Shown here piece after piece: positions 1 through 8,962 of a stretch of 64,000 nt of DNA (positions are counted from its first letter, which is position 1; every line of letters begins with the position of its first letter). The stretch lies in IMG/VR virus record IMGVR_UViG_3300027673_000001, positions 82,759-146,758 of that record; one strand, given 5' to 3'. The DNA is from a virus (taxonomy: Duplodnaviria > Heunggongvirae > Uroviricota > Caudoviricetes). The notes under the pieces are model-generated. The model was not told the origin of the DNA. It worked only from the letters and a program-made list of their open reading frames with translations, and did no database searches. The position numbers and the translations under genes were made by a program.

Positions 1-285
1 CAAAGACTAGCTGCTGTATCTGGCAACCTTAGCACTGCTGCTTCCCAATTCCAAAATACTATAGGGAGCACTTTTGGCACCATACGTTCTGCCATAACAG
101 GTTACCAAAACGACTTTCTATCATTCCAGAGACAAATAAGCCAGGGACTTGGCGTCCTGAATGGCGTTGGCTCTGACATAAGATCCGTTCTCAACGCTCC
201 TAGAGACCTGATAAACTCCGGCAAGTCAACGATCGGGGATGTAAAATGGGGCATCAAAGAATTTAAGGGAGCGCTAAGGCTATGA
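1..285 (+). CDS. 3'-terminal part of a Gly/Ser/Gln-rich protein (probable virion/structural protein, 5' end outside window)
   Basis: Open frame from position 1 to TGA at 283-285 (..QRLAAVSGNLSTAASQFQNTIGSTFG..GALRL*); absent from ORF track because it has no start; heads a co-oriented + strand block. Confidence 0.4.
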   Translation, partial: QRLAAVSGNLSTAASQFQNTIGSTFGTIRSAITGYQNDFLSFQRQISQGLGVLNGVGSDIRSVLNAPRDLINSGKSTIGDVKWGIKEFKGALRL

Positions 286-617
286 CAACACCTTCTGGAA
301 AAAGAGAACACGAAGCATGGATGAATAGAACATGGAGACCAGCGATGGCGTGGGCCTATATGATTATCTGTTTGAATGACTTCCTGTTCGCTACACTCAT
401 CAACTATGCGTTTTTCTACTATACAGGTCTCGAATACATACCATGGGAGCCACTTACATTAGCAGGTGGAGGTTTGTTCCACATGGCGATGGGCGCCATT
501 GTTGGTGTAACTGCATGGCAAAGAACCCAAGAAAAGATGATAGAGTATAAGATGACTAGCATGAATACTTTGAGGGACAACACACCTTATGACCCAAGAG
601 ACACCGGACCCTATTGA
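282..617 (+). CDS. hypothetical membrane protein (two predicted TM segments)
   Basis: 111-aa ORF with hydrophobic stretches MAWAYMIICLNDFLFATLINYAFFYY and LAGGGLFHMAMGAIVGVTAW; start overlaps upstream stop (ATGA). Confidence 0.4.
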   Translation: MTTPSGKREHEAWMNRTWRPAMAWAYMIICLNDFLFATLINYAFFYYTGLEYIPWEPLTLAGGGLFHMAMGAIVGVTAWQRTQEKMIEYKMTSMNTLRDNTPYDPRDTGPY

Positions 618-1068
618 GCCGATAGGCCCTCAGGAAAAGACAAACAAGTCCCTGAGTGAAATTTTTGGGACTGCACCCATGACTGTCGTTGTAGACGAGC
701 ATGGGGTGTCTGTGCCTATGGAAGAAAATGAGTCAAAGAACATAGACGCCGATGCTGACCAAGCCAGGAAGAACCTCTATCATATTCTTAAGAGAGGCGA
801 CACAGCTCTGGACCTTGCCATAAAACTAGCAGAGGATAGTGAGTCGCCTAGAGCTATTGAGGTCATTGGAGGTCTGATAAAGAACCTCGCTGATATCAAT
901 ATGCAGATTATAGGAGTTCATGAAGCGAAAAACAAAGCCAAGGGTAAGACCGCAGCCTCTCAGGAACCATCGCAACCCAATAAGGTCGTCTCCAACACAA
1001 TCGTCTTTAATGGTTCAACTGCTGATTTGTCCAAAATGATATCTGACATGAGAAAAGAGAATGAATGA
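589..1068 (+). CDS. hypothetical acidic protein (late/structural module)
   Basis: 159-aa ORF, Glu/Asp-rich, overlapping stop-start coupling with neighbours. Confidence 0.4.
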   Translation: MTQETPDPIEPIGPQEKTNKSLSEIFGTAPMTVVVDEHGVSVPMEENESKNIDADADQARKNLYHILKRGDTALDLAIKLAEDSESPRAIEVIGGLIKNLADINMQIIGVHEAKNKAKGKTAASQEPSQPNKVVSNTIVFNGSTADLSKMISDMRKENE

Positions 1069-1766
1069 TGCTACCAAAACCAATTGATGAATTGTTTACC
1101 GCCACTATACCTAGCACAGGCAAGAAGATAAAGTTCAGGTCCTTCAACATCAGGGAAGAGAAGGCTCTTTTGTTAGCCAAGGAATCCAATGATGTTTCAA
1201 TGATGGTGGAAGCCATCAAGTCCCTCATTAGAGGTTGCACAGATGGTAAGGTAGACCCATCCTCTCTTGCTATGTTTGACATAGAGTACTTGCTGACACA
1301 GATAAGAGCCAAGAGCGTAGGAGAAATCGTTACACTTCTTCTACCCTGCGCCGCAGATGAAAAGCATGAGAGAGTAAGAGTCCCCATTGACCTCACAAAA
1401 ATGAATGTGAGGAAACACGACACCCATACCCTAAAGTTTGACATTGATGGAAACATAGGTGTGATGATGAAGTATCCGAATCTGGACGCCATATCCCAGA
1501 TTGAAAAATCAGATGAAGCTCTTTCTATTGCCCTGTGTATCGACTACATCTTTGATCAGGATCAAGTATATCATTCCAAGGATACCACAATAGAAGAACT
1601 TCTCGCCTGGGTACAGGAGAACCTAAAGCCCAAACATCTCAAGGAAATCAAGAGCAAGTTCTTTGACTTAACGCCAAACTTCGAGCACTCAGTAGAGTAC
1701 TCCTGTCCTGTTTGTGGACACATGAACAAAAAAGTAATCAAGGGAACTTCAAGTTTTTTCGTCTAA
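1065..1766 (+). CDS. hypothetical protein with C-terminal Zn-ribbon (CPVCGH)
   Basis: 233-aa ORF; ATGA overlap with upstream ORF; C-terminal CxxC-H motif. Confidence 0.45.
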   Translation: MMLPKPIDELFTATIPSTGKKIKFRSFNIREEKALLLAKESNDVSMMVEAIKSLIRGCTDGKVDPSSLAMFDIEYLLTQIRAKSVGEIVTLLLPCAADEKHERVRVPIDLTKMNVRKHDTHTLKFDIDGNIGVMMKYPNLDAISQIEKSDEALSIALCIDYIFDQDQVYHSKDTTIEELLAWVQENLKPKHLKEIKSKFFDLTPNFEHSVEYSCPVCGHMNKKVIKGTSSFFV

Positions 1767-1786
1767 ACCTTTCCCACGACGATCTC

Positions 1787-1942
1787 ATGACTTTCTATAA
1801 GACAAACTTCCTGTTGATAAAGCAACATGGTTTTAGTCTTACGGAACTCGAGAACATGATGCCTTGGGAAAGGGATGTGTATCTACAACTCCTTGAAAAC
1901 TTCCTAGAAGAGAAGAAAAAGAAGAGAGCAAAACATGGCTAA
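1787..1942 (+). CDS. small hypothetical protein
   Basis: Internal ATG of track ORF 1712..1942 chosen to avoid overlap with the 233-aa ORF; basic C-terminus; weak RBS. Confidence 0.25.
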   Translation: MTFYKTNFLLIKQHGFSLTELENMMPWERDVYLQLLENFLEEKKKKRAKHG

Positions 1943-3323
1943 CCTACCTGTATCCGTCACTCAAGACGACGAAATGTCCCTGGACTCTACAACCTCCATA
2001 GAAAGGCAGGAAGTAGAGAACATCCTAATGAGCATAAAGAATGACTTGTTGGAGGGAATAAAGGAAGGCATAGACAGTGAGATACAATCCGTAGGTCCTG
2101 AGTATAGAGAACAGATAGAACTCAATCAAGAGTACCTAAAACAAATCCTCGAAGCAATAGAGGAAGGAATGGTCTCTGAAATCAGGGAGTTTGTGTCCTC
2201 TGAGAAGGAGCTCAATGATGAGACTATCAAGGAAATCACAGAGAGGTTGTCTGAGATATCAACTAGGATAGTCGAAACTCCTATACCACAAGCCGAAGTT
2301 GAGCCAGCGGAGGACGTGGTTCCTAGGGAAGTACCCAAACAAAGAACAGTGACAGCTCAGGGCCCTATGGGGTTCCTTAGAGATGTTCTTCTAACGTCTG
2401 TTGGTTTAGAGGACTTTTCGGAAAAACTGAACGAGAGACCCAAACCAGAAAAGTTCTCTGACCCTTTGTTTGAAGATAGTCAAGAGGAAAGGTTCTTTGA
2501 GGAGGGACAGAAGGACAAAGCAGAGTTTGCTGAAGTTAAGAAGCAGACTGTGCTCCTTACTGAAATCAGGGACTACGCAAAACTTCTTGAAAATCAAGAA
2601 GGCATGATACCAGACACACAAGGCTCTAATGGAGAAGGCTCTGGGTTTAACTTTGACCTTGGGACTAGGTCTGGTCGAGGAGCCCTTTCTCGTTTAGGGT
2701 CTCTAGCTACTAGAGTTGCTTTACCAGCCGCCGCCGTTGGTACCGCTGGTCTTGCTGGTTACAAAGCAGGAGAGATACTAAATGACCAAGTCCTGAACCC
2801 CCTTGCTGGTAGCATAACTGGGGATGAGAACGATACCGTTGGTACGGCTCTCTTCAAGGGAGTAGACGCAGTCAAGGGTATCTTTGGGAATAGTGAAGAG
2901 GATAAGATGATGGAGGCAGACAGAGCCTCCGAACTTGAACTAGCAAAGAGAAAACTATCAGCTGGAGAACCCATAAGTAAGAACCTAGCCGATAAGGTTA
3001 GGAATTATGGGTTAGAAGTTCCTGATGAAATGATAGTAGATCCTTCTTCGAGGACTGTGCCCTTGGCGGATAGTTTATCTCAAGGAGAAGAGCTAGTAGG
3101 AGCCACAACGGATAGAACATCAAAGCTCATGGATAGCGGTGAGGTATCATCATTAGACGCAGCCAAGGAAATAGGGAAGAACATTGTTGTTCAAGCCCCG
3201 CCGCCAGTAGTCATTCCCCAGACATCATCAACACCAGTAATCATGCCCCCCTTTACCTCAAACATCAGAAACAATGAAAGCACTATGTCTGATTACATAA
3301 GGAGAAGGTTTAGACCTCATTAA
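1935..3323 (+). CDS. large acidic protein with Gly/Ala-rich central segment (possible virion/internal or tail-associated protein)
   Basis: 462-aa ORF; highly acidic N-terminus, GLAGYKAGE Gly-rich region; followed by a bidirectional terminator. Confidence 0.5.
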   Translation: MANLPVSVTQDDEMSLDSTTSIERQEVENILMSIKNDLLEGIKEGIDSEIQSVGPEYREQIELNQEYLKQILEAIEEGMVSEIREFVSSEKELNDETIKEITERLSEISTRIVETPIPQAEVEPAEDVVPREVPKQRTVTAQGPMGFLRDVLLTSVGLEDFSEKLNERPKPEKFSDPLFEDSQEERFFEEGQKDKAEFAEVKKQTVLLTEIRDYAKLLENQEGMIPDTQGSNGEGSGFNFDLGTRSGRGALSRLGSLATRVALPAAAVGTAGLAGYKAGEILNDQVLNPLAGSITGDENDTVGTALFKGVDAVKGIFGNSEEDKMMEADRASELELAKRKLSAGEPISKNLADKVRNYGLEVPDEMIVDPSSRTVPLADSLSQGEELVGATTDRTSKLMDSGEVSSLDAAKEIGKNIVVQAPPPVVIPQTSSTPVIMPPFTSNIRNNESTMSDYIRRRFRPH

Positions 3324-3352
3324 AAAGCCCCTTTACGGGGCTTTCTTGTCTT
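3323..3352. terminator. bidirectional rho-independent terminator between convergent 462-aa gene and gene 32
   Basis: Hairpin AGCCCCTTTACGGGGCT flanked by A-run upstream and T-run downstream, usable on both strands. Confidence 0.6.
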
Positions 3353-4280
3353 AGAACGCGATGTCGTCGTCTTCCATCATAGCTCGGAAGATTGCTTCAT
3401 CATCGTCGACCTCGATAGCTTTCGCTTTGGGCTCCTCCTTGACCTTACCGGCTTTCGGTGCCTCCTTGGCTACTGGCTTTTCGTCAGCCAACAGGAAGTC
3501 GTTCGCTTTCTGCATTGCCGCACCGCCGCCACTCAGAACCATATCCAGCTTACGCTTCAGTTCGTCGTAGGACTTGAATGTGGATGGGTCAGTAAACTCA
3601 GCCAGACCATGGCGGGAATTCAGGACTTTCAGAATCTCTTCGTCATCATCGCTGATAGGCTTGGGCGAATCAAACTCGGACTTATCTGTCGAGCTATAGC
3701 CGTCTACCTTACGGATACGGAGCCTGAAGTTGGCGCCTTCCCATGGGTCAAATACGTTGATTGCCTTCATATCCTCAAACTCTGGGGACAGAGCGTCTTG
3801 GATTTGGTCAAACAACTTCTTGCCGCATTTGAAGAGCTTTACTTGTCCTTCATTCTCTGGGTTCGCGGGATCTTTAATAACCAGAACGTTGAAGATGAAT
3901 GACAAGCGACGCTTACGCTTCCTGGCAATCTCTTTGTCTGCCTCAGTACCATTCCAGAGCTCGTTGCAATGCTCAACAACGGGGTCAGGTTGTCCAATAG
4001 TAGTCAGACACTTTTCAATGTACCACTTACCAGTAGGACCCTGGAAGCCTTTGTCGTAGACTTTTGCCCACGGCAGAGCGTCGTCATCAATAGCTGGGAG
4101 GAATCGAATAACAGCCGAGCCGTTGCCTGCTTTGTCGACAGCAGCTTTCCAGAAGCGAGTGTCTTCTTGACGACCGCCTTGGGAGTTGGCTTGTTTGGAG
4201 AGTTCAGTAGAAATCTTTGTGAGCGAAGATGCTGAGGATTTCTTCATTGCGCGTAGCGCTTGCAAGTCTAGTTTAGACAT
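3351..4280 (-). CDS. 32: single-stranded DNA-binding protein gp32
   Basis: Strong hand alignment to T4 gp32 (GNGSAVIRFLP.., KWYIEKC.., CNELWN, acidic DDDIAF C-terminus); start taken at internal MSKLDLQ with AGGAAAAACT RBS rather than track start. Confidence 0.9.
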   Translation of the reverse strand: MSKLDLQALRAMKKSSASSLTKISTELSKQANSQGGRQEDTRFWKAAVDKAGNGSAVIRFLPAIDDDALPWAKVYDKGFQGPTGKWYIEKCLTTIGQPDPVVEHCNELWNGTEADKEIARKRKRRLSFIFNVLVIKDPANPENEGQVKLFKCGKKLFDQIQDALSPEFEDMKAINVFDPWEGANFRLRIRKVDGYSSTDKSEFDSPKPISDDDEEILKVLNSRHGLAEFTDPSTFKSYDELKRKLDMVLSGGGAAMQKANDFLLADEKPVAKEAPKAGKVKEEPKAKAIEVDDDEAIFRAMMEDDDIAF

Positions 4281-4290
4281 AGTTTTTCCT

Positions 4291-4494
4291 TTAGTTTTCG
4301 TTGGATCGTTGGTTCGAGTTTGTATTGTAAGACTGTTCATCCTCCGTGTCAAGACTGTCGTCGAGATCAAGGTAGTAATCGGCGTCTTCCAATACTGATC
4401 TATTTAGTATCCTCATTCCCTCACCTGGGCGATTTGAGGCACGTTTAGACTTCTTTTTGTAATCTTTAGGTTCGTCTTCTTGCCAGTGTTTCAT
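4291..4494 (-). CDS. hypothetical small acidic protein
   Basis: 67-aa ORF immediately upstream of gene 32. Confidence 0.4.
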   Translation of the reverse strand: MKHWQEDEPKDYKKKSKRASNRPGEGMRILNRSVLEDADYYLDLDDSLDTEDEQSYNTNSNQRSNEN

Positions 4495-5126
4495 GCGATT
4501 GCTCCATTGAAGGCGGCAACGAACTCATTGTACTTGGTGATCATGTTCTGTGTGGGTTTAGTAAAATCTGCTGCTTTCTTGATTGTGAGAAACTCTTTAC
4601 GCCAGAGGGGAAACTTTCCCATCCAATCATATTTTGTGACAACGTCTTCTATGGCATTGATGTAGCATAGAGTCTGTATATCTATTCTACCATTCATAGC
4701 CATAGTATAAAGGATGGGGGTGTTGTTGTCTACACCGAAGATGTCATTGAAATTTGAACATCTGTTCATGATATAATCAATATCATCACCAAACTTCACA
4801 TCCCTGGAGAGCTTGTACTTTCTCCACTTCAAGACGTTCTTCTGTCCGGCGTCAAAATCAGTCAAGGGAAACTGGTTACCATAAACCATATTGGCTATGA
4901 AGTACGTTCCAGCTTCCTTTGTGTCGCCAAACTTCTTTGACAGAGACAGAAACAAGCCATAGTCTTTTCTGGTCTCTACCTTGACTGCCTTGATTCTGCC
5001 GTTCATCTTGACAGCATTGTACTTCTGGTTAGTGAAATGAGTCTTGACACTCAAGTATAACCAGAAGCACTTTTGGACATCAATCATATAGTGATGGTGA
5101 TTTCTTAAGAAGTCCTTGGTCAGCAA
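4491..5126 (-). CDS. 59: helicase-loading protein gp59-like
   Basis: 211 aa; position directly upstream of gene 32 as in T4; the FWLYLSVKTHFTNQKY segment recalls the T4 gp59 N-terminal segment from memory. Confidence 0.65.
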   Translation of the reverse strand: MLTKDFLRNHHHYMIDVQKCFWLYLSVKTHFTNQKYNAVKMNGRIKAVKVETRKDYGLFLSLSKKFGDTKEAGTYFIANMVYGNQFPLTDFDAGQKNVLKWRKYKLSRDVKFGDDIDYIMNRCSNFNDIFGVDNNTPILYTMAMNGRIDIQTLCYINAIEDVVTKYDWMGKFPLWRKEFLTIKKAADFTKPTQNMITKYNEFVAAFNGAIA

Positions 5127-5349
5127 ACTCTACAGCTAGCTTTTCCTTGAGCTGCCTGGATACTGACTTTGCTATATCTTCGGGGTCTATGTCGTGCTCT
5201 TCACAGAAACTCAGTAGAGCAGCACAACATGACACCCCTTCTGCCGCGGCTCTCTTCTCTATGTGTTGGGAGAACTCATTAGCAGTACCGAAGAGTTTTT
5301 TCTTTCTGGATGAAGTAGTCGACGGATTTGATTGCTCTGTTGTATGCAT
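5080..5349 (-). CDS. hypothetical small protein (position of T4 gene 33/dsbA-type regulators)
   Basis: 89-aa ORF; 70-nt overlap with next ORF so true start/stop uncertain. Confidence 0.35.
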   Translation of the reverse strand: MHTTEQSNPSTTSSRKKKLFGTANEFSQHIEKRAAAEGVSCCAALLSFCEEHDIDPEDIAKSVSRQLKEKLAVEFADQGLLKKSPSLYD

Positions 5350-5578
5350 TGTATTCTTCTGATTTAGCTAAGTAAAGTTTCCACTCAGGACTATCATCTC
5401 TTTCGCCCATTATCTTCGAACCAAACCTATCTATAAACTTGTCCAGAAAGGAATGCAACAGTTGTGTTTCCTTTACCCACTGGGCCTTGAGTTCCTGAAG
5501 ATCTCCGCCCTGGAGCATAGTGTCGGAAAGTTTGTAGTTCAAACGATTGTAGAAGTCAGACATGAGTTTCCTTTTCAC
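5279..5578 (-). CDS. hypothetical small protein
   Basis: 99-aa ORF in early array. Confidence 0.4.
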   Translation of the reverse strand: MKRKLMSDFYNRLNYKLSDTMLQGGDLQELKAQWVKETQLLHSFLDKFIDRFGSKIMGERDDSPEWKLYLAKSEEYNAYNRAIKSVDYFIQKEKTLRYC

Positions 5579-5604
5579 GATTATACATTATGAGCTTTCC
5601 GTTG

Positions 5605-6033
5605 TCAACGTCTCATACCAGCAAAGTCCTTGGCTTCTTGATCTGAGAAAACTGGTTGAAGGCATGACTTATGGACGATGGATACACCCTTAACCATCGT
5701 TCCGCTGTACATCATCGGCTGACGAGATGAGGCAACCCCACCAGGAGTATGATGAGAAGGTACATCAACTCGTTCACGCCCAGGTGGATTTGATAGCGTG
5801 TAACTAAGAACTGAGCTAGACGTATCAACCTTTGTCTTTGACTTAGACTTCCCATATTTTTCCTTAAGTTGTTCCCATGATCTTTGGTTTTCTTCAAACC
5901 TGCGCTTTTCTTCAGCTGATTTGAACTTTTGCTTCTTCATGCGGTAAAGTTGATTGCTACAACGATAGATGCACATATCAATGATATGACGGCATATTCC
6001 CATGGTTGTTTTTCCTTGGGGTATGCAAGCCAT
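5605..6033 (-). CDS. hypothetical protein
   Basis: 142-aa ORF. Confidence 0.4.
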   Translation of the reverse strand: MACIPQGKTTMGICRHIIDMCIYRCSNQLYRMKKQKFKSAEEKRRFEENQRSWEQLKEKYGKSKSKTKVDTSSSVLSYTLSNPPGRERVDVPSHHTPGGVASSRQPMMYSGTMVKGVSIVHKSCLQPVFSDQEAKDFAGMRR

Positions 6034-6078
6034 ATCAAGGCTATGGAAAGGAAGAACACCATCAAGGCGTCTATGAGA

Positions 6079-6252
6079 TCAACGACCATATAGAATGCTG
6101 TCCTTCTTGTTTAGGGGCACGCGATGTTTCGGGTGGAGGAGCCACTTCTCACCCATCTTCATGATGGTTTCCTTGGCTCGTTCCTCATTACGTTTCTTGA
6201 TTTCTTCGAGCTCTTGTTCGAGGGTTGATTTGGAGTTGGTTTGAACAATCAT
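6079..6252 (-). CDS. small hypothetical early protein (57 aa, below ORF-track cutoff)
   Basis: ATG at 6252 preceded by AAAGGA RBS and TTGACA-N17-TACAAT promoter; MIVQTNSKSTLEQELEEIKKRNEERAKE.. Confidence 0.35.
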   Translation of the reverse strand: MIVQTNSKSTLEQELEEIKKRNEERAKETIMKMGEKWLLHPKHRVPLNKKDSILYGR

Positions 6253-6275
6253 ATCAATAGTCCTTTCGTAAGGTT

Positions 6276-6304
6276 ATTGTAACATGAACATGAATAAATG
6301 TCAA
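6276..6304 (-). promoter_or_regulatory. sigma70-like early promoter (TTGACA-N17-TACAAT)
   Basis: Reverse complement reads GTTGACATTTATTCATGTTCATGTTACAAT immediately upstream of the 6252 start; lies at the edge of conserved 125-bp element copy A. Confidence 0.55.
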
Positions 6305-6430
6305 CAACCGCCAGATAGACGACAGGGGTGTTGCGTTGGTGTTTTGTGTGCCAGTACCCGTTAAGGGGTTCTAGAGCAAAATCGCACGTCTTGGGGTCAA
6401 TAAAATCAATGACTTAGGAGTGCATTTAGG
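6295..6430. repeat. conserved ~125-bp non-coding element, copy A of 3
   Basis: Near-identical to 31011..31149 and 45859..45988 (..CCAGATAGACGACAGGGGTGTTGCGTTGGTGTTTTGTGTGCCAGTACCCGTT..AAATCGCACGTCTTGGGGTCAATAAAATCAATGACTTAGGAG). Confidence 0.8.
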
Positions 6431-6956
6431 GGTTAGAAATGCCCTTTGGGACGTCAAACACAAAAGTGACCCTATCCACTTCGCCTATGTTTAGGGCCGT
6501 GTGGGGCTTCTTGTTGTCAAACCAAAAGAATGTGCCAGGCTCAATGACGTGAGCCTCGCCGTCTACTTCATAACGATACCTACCAGCAAGGGAGAAGTGG
6601 TAACGGTCCCTGGTGAGATAGTACTTGCCTTCATCTATGTGTAGACCTACTGAGTGTCCAGGCAGAAGCCTAAAGAAGGCAGCTCTTGAATGATTGTTGA
6701 CTTTGTTCTCTCTAAGCCATGCGTTGAGCCTCGGGAACAAAATCCTGGCCGGGGTGTCTCCTTGATGCTCGGAGTCCTTGATGTCCACGGCACCATATTG
6801 GATACCCATTGTGAGTGGTAAAAAACCATAGGGGTTTTGAATTCCGCCTATGTTTGACATCTGACTAACCATACCCCAGAGGTCCTTGTTTTGTTCAAGT
6901 TCCTCTAGGAATGGTTGAGTGTTTATGCCTGTCTTTATGAAACGAAAGTTGCTCAT
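6426..6956 (-). CDS. cupin-fold oxygenase-like protein (Asp/Asn beta-hydroxylase-like)
   Basis: 176 aa; H-x-D ... H arrangement (LHIDEG ... PHTALN) typical of cupin 2OG/Fe oxygenases; family assignment from motif only. Confidence 0.4.
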   Translation of the reverse strand: MSNFRFIKTGINTQPFLEELEQNKDLWGMVSQMSNIGGIQNPYGFLPLTMGIQYGAVDIKDSEHQGDTPARILFPRLNAWLRENKVNNHSRAAFFRLLPGHSVGLHIDEGKYYLTRDRYHFSLAGRYRYEVDGEAHVIEPGTFFWFDNKKPHTALNIGEVDRVTFVFDVPKGISNP

Positions 6957-7585
6957 TCTGCTTTTTTCGAACGACGGGTTCTGGGCTTCTGTTCTGGAGT
7001 TTCTTCTCCTTGAATCCCTAGCTTTGCCTCAATCCAGTTCTTACGATTGTTGATACGTTGTCTGATTTCTTCGGCGTCAAACCACATCTCTACACCGTCC
7101 TGAACCTTGAGCATCTCCTCCTCTGTTAGGAAGCCACTGTAAGCCTCATTCAGGATTCGGATGCTTTGTTTGTGTTCAAAGTCTGAATGGGCTTTCACGT
7201 TACCAACAAAGCCATAGGTGCCATATTGAGCAGTGTGAACCATCATCGAAGCATAGTCAAGTACAAGGACTTCATCGCAGTACATCGTAATGATGGAAGC
7301 TGCGCTATGAGTGTTGCCCACCAGTATTGCACAGACGGTAGCTTGAGTGTTCTTCATACCCTCTACAATAGCGCCACAGCTTGAAAGGTAGCCACCACAG
7401 GAATTGATGTAGACGTGGAACCTATCGTCGGGGCCTGCATTGAACAGGGCAGAGATGAGCTCTCTATAGTTCTCGGGCTCAGAGATGTCCTGGTCAAGGT
7501 GGACCTCATAGATGTAGGACTTCTTCTCTATCGCTTTGATGATGCCAACTTCCTGGAAGTCGTCTTCTTGATTGTTTTTGCTCAT
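6953..7585 (-). CDS. ClpP-like serine protease
   Basis: ClpP motifs YINSCGG, GNTHSAAS (Ser), MVHTAQYG (His); start moved to internal MSKNN (7585) to remove overlap with upstream SleB-like gene. Confidence 0.7.
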   Translation of the reverse strand: MSKNNQEDDFQEVGIIKAIEKKSYIYEVHLDQDISEPENYRELISALFNAGPDDRFHVYINSCGGYLSSCGAIVEGMKNTQATVCAILVGNTHSAASIITMYCDEVLVLDYASMMVHTAQYGTYGFVGNVKAHSDFEHKQSIRILNEAYSGFLTEEEMLKVQDGVEMWFDAEEIRQRINNRKNWIEAKLGIQGEETPEQKPRTRRSKKAE

Positions 7586-7586
7586 G

Positions 7587-8063
7587 TTACTTCTTGTAGA
7601 AAATGTGTCTGCCAATCTCGGCTGTGATTCTTTTACTTGCTGCCCAGGAAGGCTGGACATAAGTTGAGTGGAAGTGAGTTGCTCCCCTTGTGACAGTGTC
7701 CTTCTCTCTATGATAGATTGTCTCGGCTTGCTTGTAGATGTCCTCATAAATTTCCTGTCTTATCCTAGGTAGGTTTTTGCTGCACACCCATGAGAATTGG
7801 CAAGTTGACTTCCATTTCTGGTAGACAACGGAGCAAACATCATTTGGGTATGCCCTATGCTCAACTCTGTTCATTGTGACATGACCAACAGCTGCTCTTC
7901 CCTTTCGACTCTCGCCCCGGGCTTCATAGTAGATGTTCAAGGCCAGACATTCTATCTGACCCTTGGTCTTATCTATAACCTGGGGTGTTGAGTAAACGGG
8001 GGTTAACAAAAGAAGACTAAACGCTACCTTTGAACTTAGCGTTAATGCCCGACTCAATAACAC
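7587..8063 (-). CDS. SleB-like cell-wall hydrolase with signal peptide
   Basis: N-terminal signal sequence; NIYYEARGE hydrolase_2 signature. Confidence 0.6.
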   Translation of the reverse strand: MLLSRALTLSSKVAFSLLLLTPVYSTPQVIDKTKGQIECLALNIYYEARGESRKGRAAVGHVTMNRVEHRAYPNDVCSVVYQKWKSTCQFSWVCSKNLPRIRQEIYEDIYKQAETIYHREKDTVTRGATHFHSTYVQPSWAASKRITAEIGRHIFYKK

Positions 8064-8313
8064 ACGAAACTCCTTTAGACCTTGACGACTTCAGAACAGT
8101 CATCGTTCCTGTCACGGCGTTGAACCATACACTAATGATATGGTCATCGTTTTCCTCAGACAGGCCCACCAGAACAATGTTCTCCTTGAACCTTTCGGAG
8201 AGTAGGATAACAAAATCATCCGTAGGCGCACAGATTGGTTCATTTGCCATTGCCATGGATGATACCGTCAACAGTATGGCTGCTGTTATTTTCTTGAGCA
8301 TATTAGACTCCAA
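8017..8313 (-). CDS. hypothetical secreted protein
   Basis: 98 aa with signal peptide MLKKITAAILLTVSSMAMA. Confidence 0.4.
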   Translation of the reverse strand: MESNMLKKITAAILLTVSSMAMANEPICAPTDDFVILLSERFKENIVLVGLSEENDDHIISVWFNAVTGTMTVLKSSRSKGVSCVIESGINAKFKGSV

Positions 8314-8962
8314 AGGTTCTCTTATATTTTACACGAACACCAACGAACTTGTCAAGCCAGTTGGATACTTTATCATTGAATACTAGGGAGTCATCATCCT
8401 CTACGGACATCAGTATCACTAGGTCCTCAATCTTTTGACCAGTTCTTTCGAACCACATTCTTGAATAAGCAGCACATTGCATCCAGTATGAATCAATGTC
8501 CTCATGTCTCTTCTTTCGAGTCGAGGTCTTGAAGTCGATAATGGACAGCTTGCCTTCCCACATACCAACACAATCGACGGTCCCCGCCGTCATTAGAGTG
8601 TCGCTGTATAGTTGCCCCTCGATGGCATAGGTATCACCTATACGGTCAACAAGGGGTTTGAATCTTTTCCAGTTTGAACCATAGAGCATTTTGTCTATGG
8701 GTGTTACTCTTGGTTCCTCTCCCTTGAGATAGGCCTCCGTCATGGAGTGAACAAAGGTTCCTCTCTTTGCTGCTCTCGCGCCTATTCTCTTGGCTTCCTC
8801 TGCTCCTACTGCCTTCCTCCAAGCATCAAGGCCTGGGTTATCAATAACGGAAAAGACAGTTGTCACGGAAGGATACTTGTTCTTTTCAGGTGTAAGGTAT
8901 AGACGACCAAATTCAGTATTGTCTAGTCTTTGAATCCTTGGGAGTTCAACTGGTAGGTGCAT
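8303..8962 (-). CDS. PD-(D/E)XK-family nuclease-like protein
   Basis: 219 aa; D..IIDFKTS (D-x(n)-D/E-x-K) arrangement; assignment from motif only. Confidence 0.45.
   Translation of the reverse strand: MHLPVELPRIQRLDNTEFGRLYLTPEKNKYPSVTTVFSVIDNPGLDAWRKAVGAEEAKRIGARAAKRGTFVHSMTEAYLKGEEPRVTPIDKMLYGSNWKRFKPLVDRIGDTYAIEGQLYSDTLMTAGTVDCVGMWEGKLSIIDFKTSTRKKRHEDIDSYWMQCAAYSRMWFERTGQKIEDLVILMSVEDDDSLVFNDKVSNWLDKFVGVRVKYKRTFGV

Noticed and set aside
1712-1786. N-terminal 25 codons of track ORF 1712-1942
   Set aside because: They overlap the 3' end of the 233-aa ORF in another frame, so the internal ATG at 1787 was preferred. Even that call is weak.
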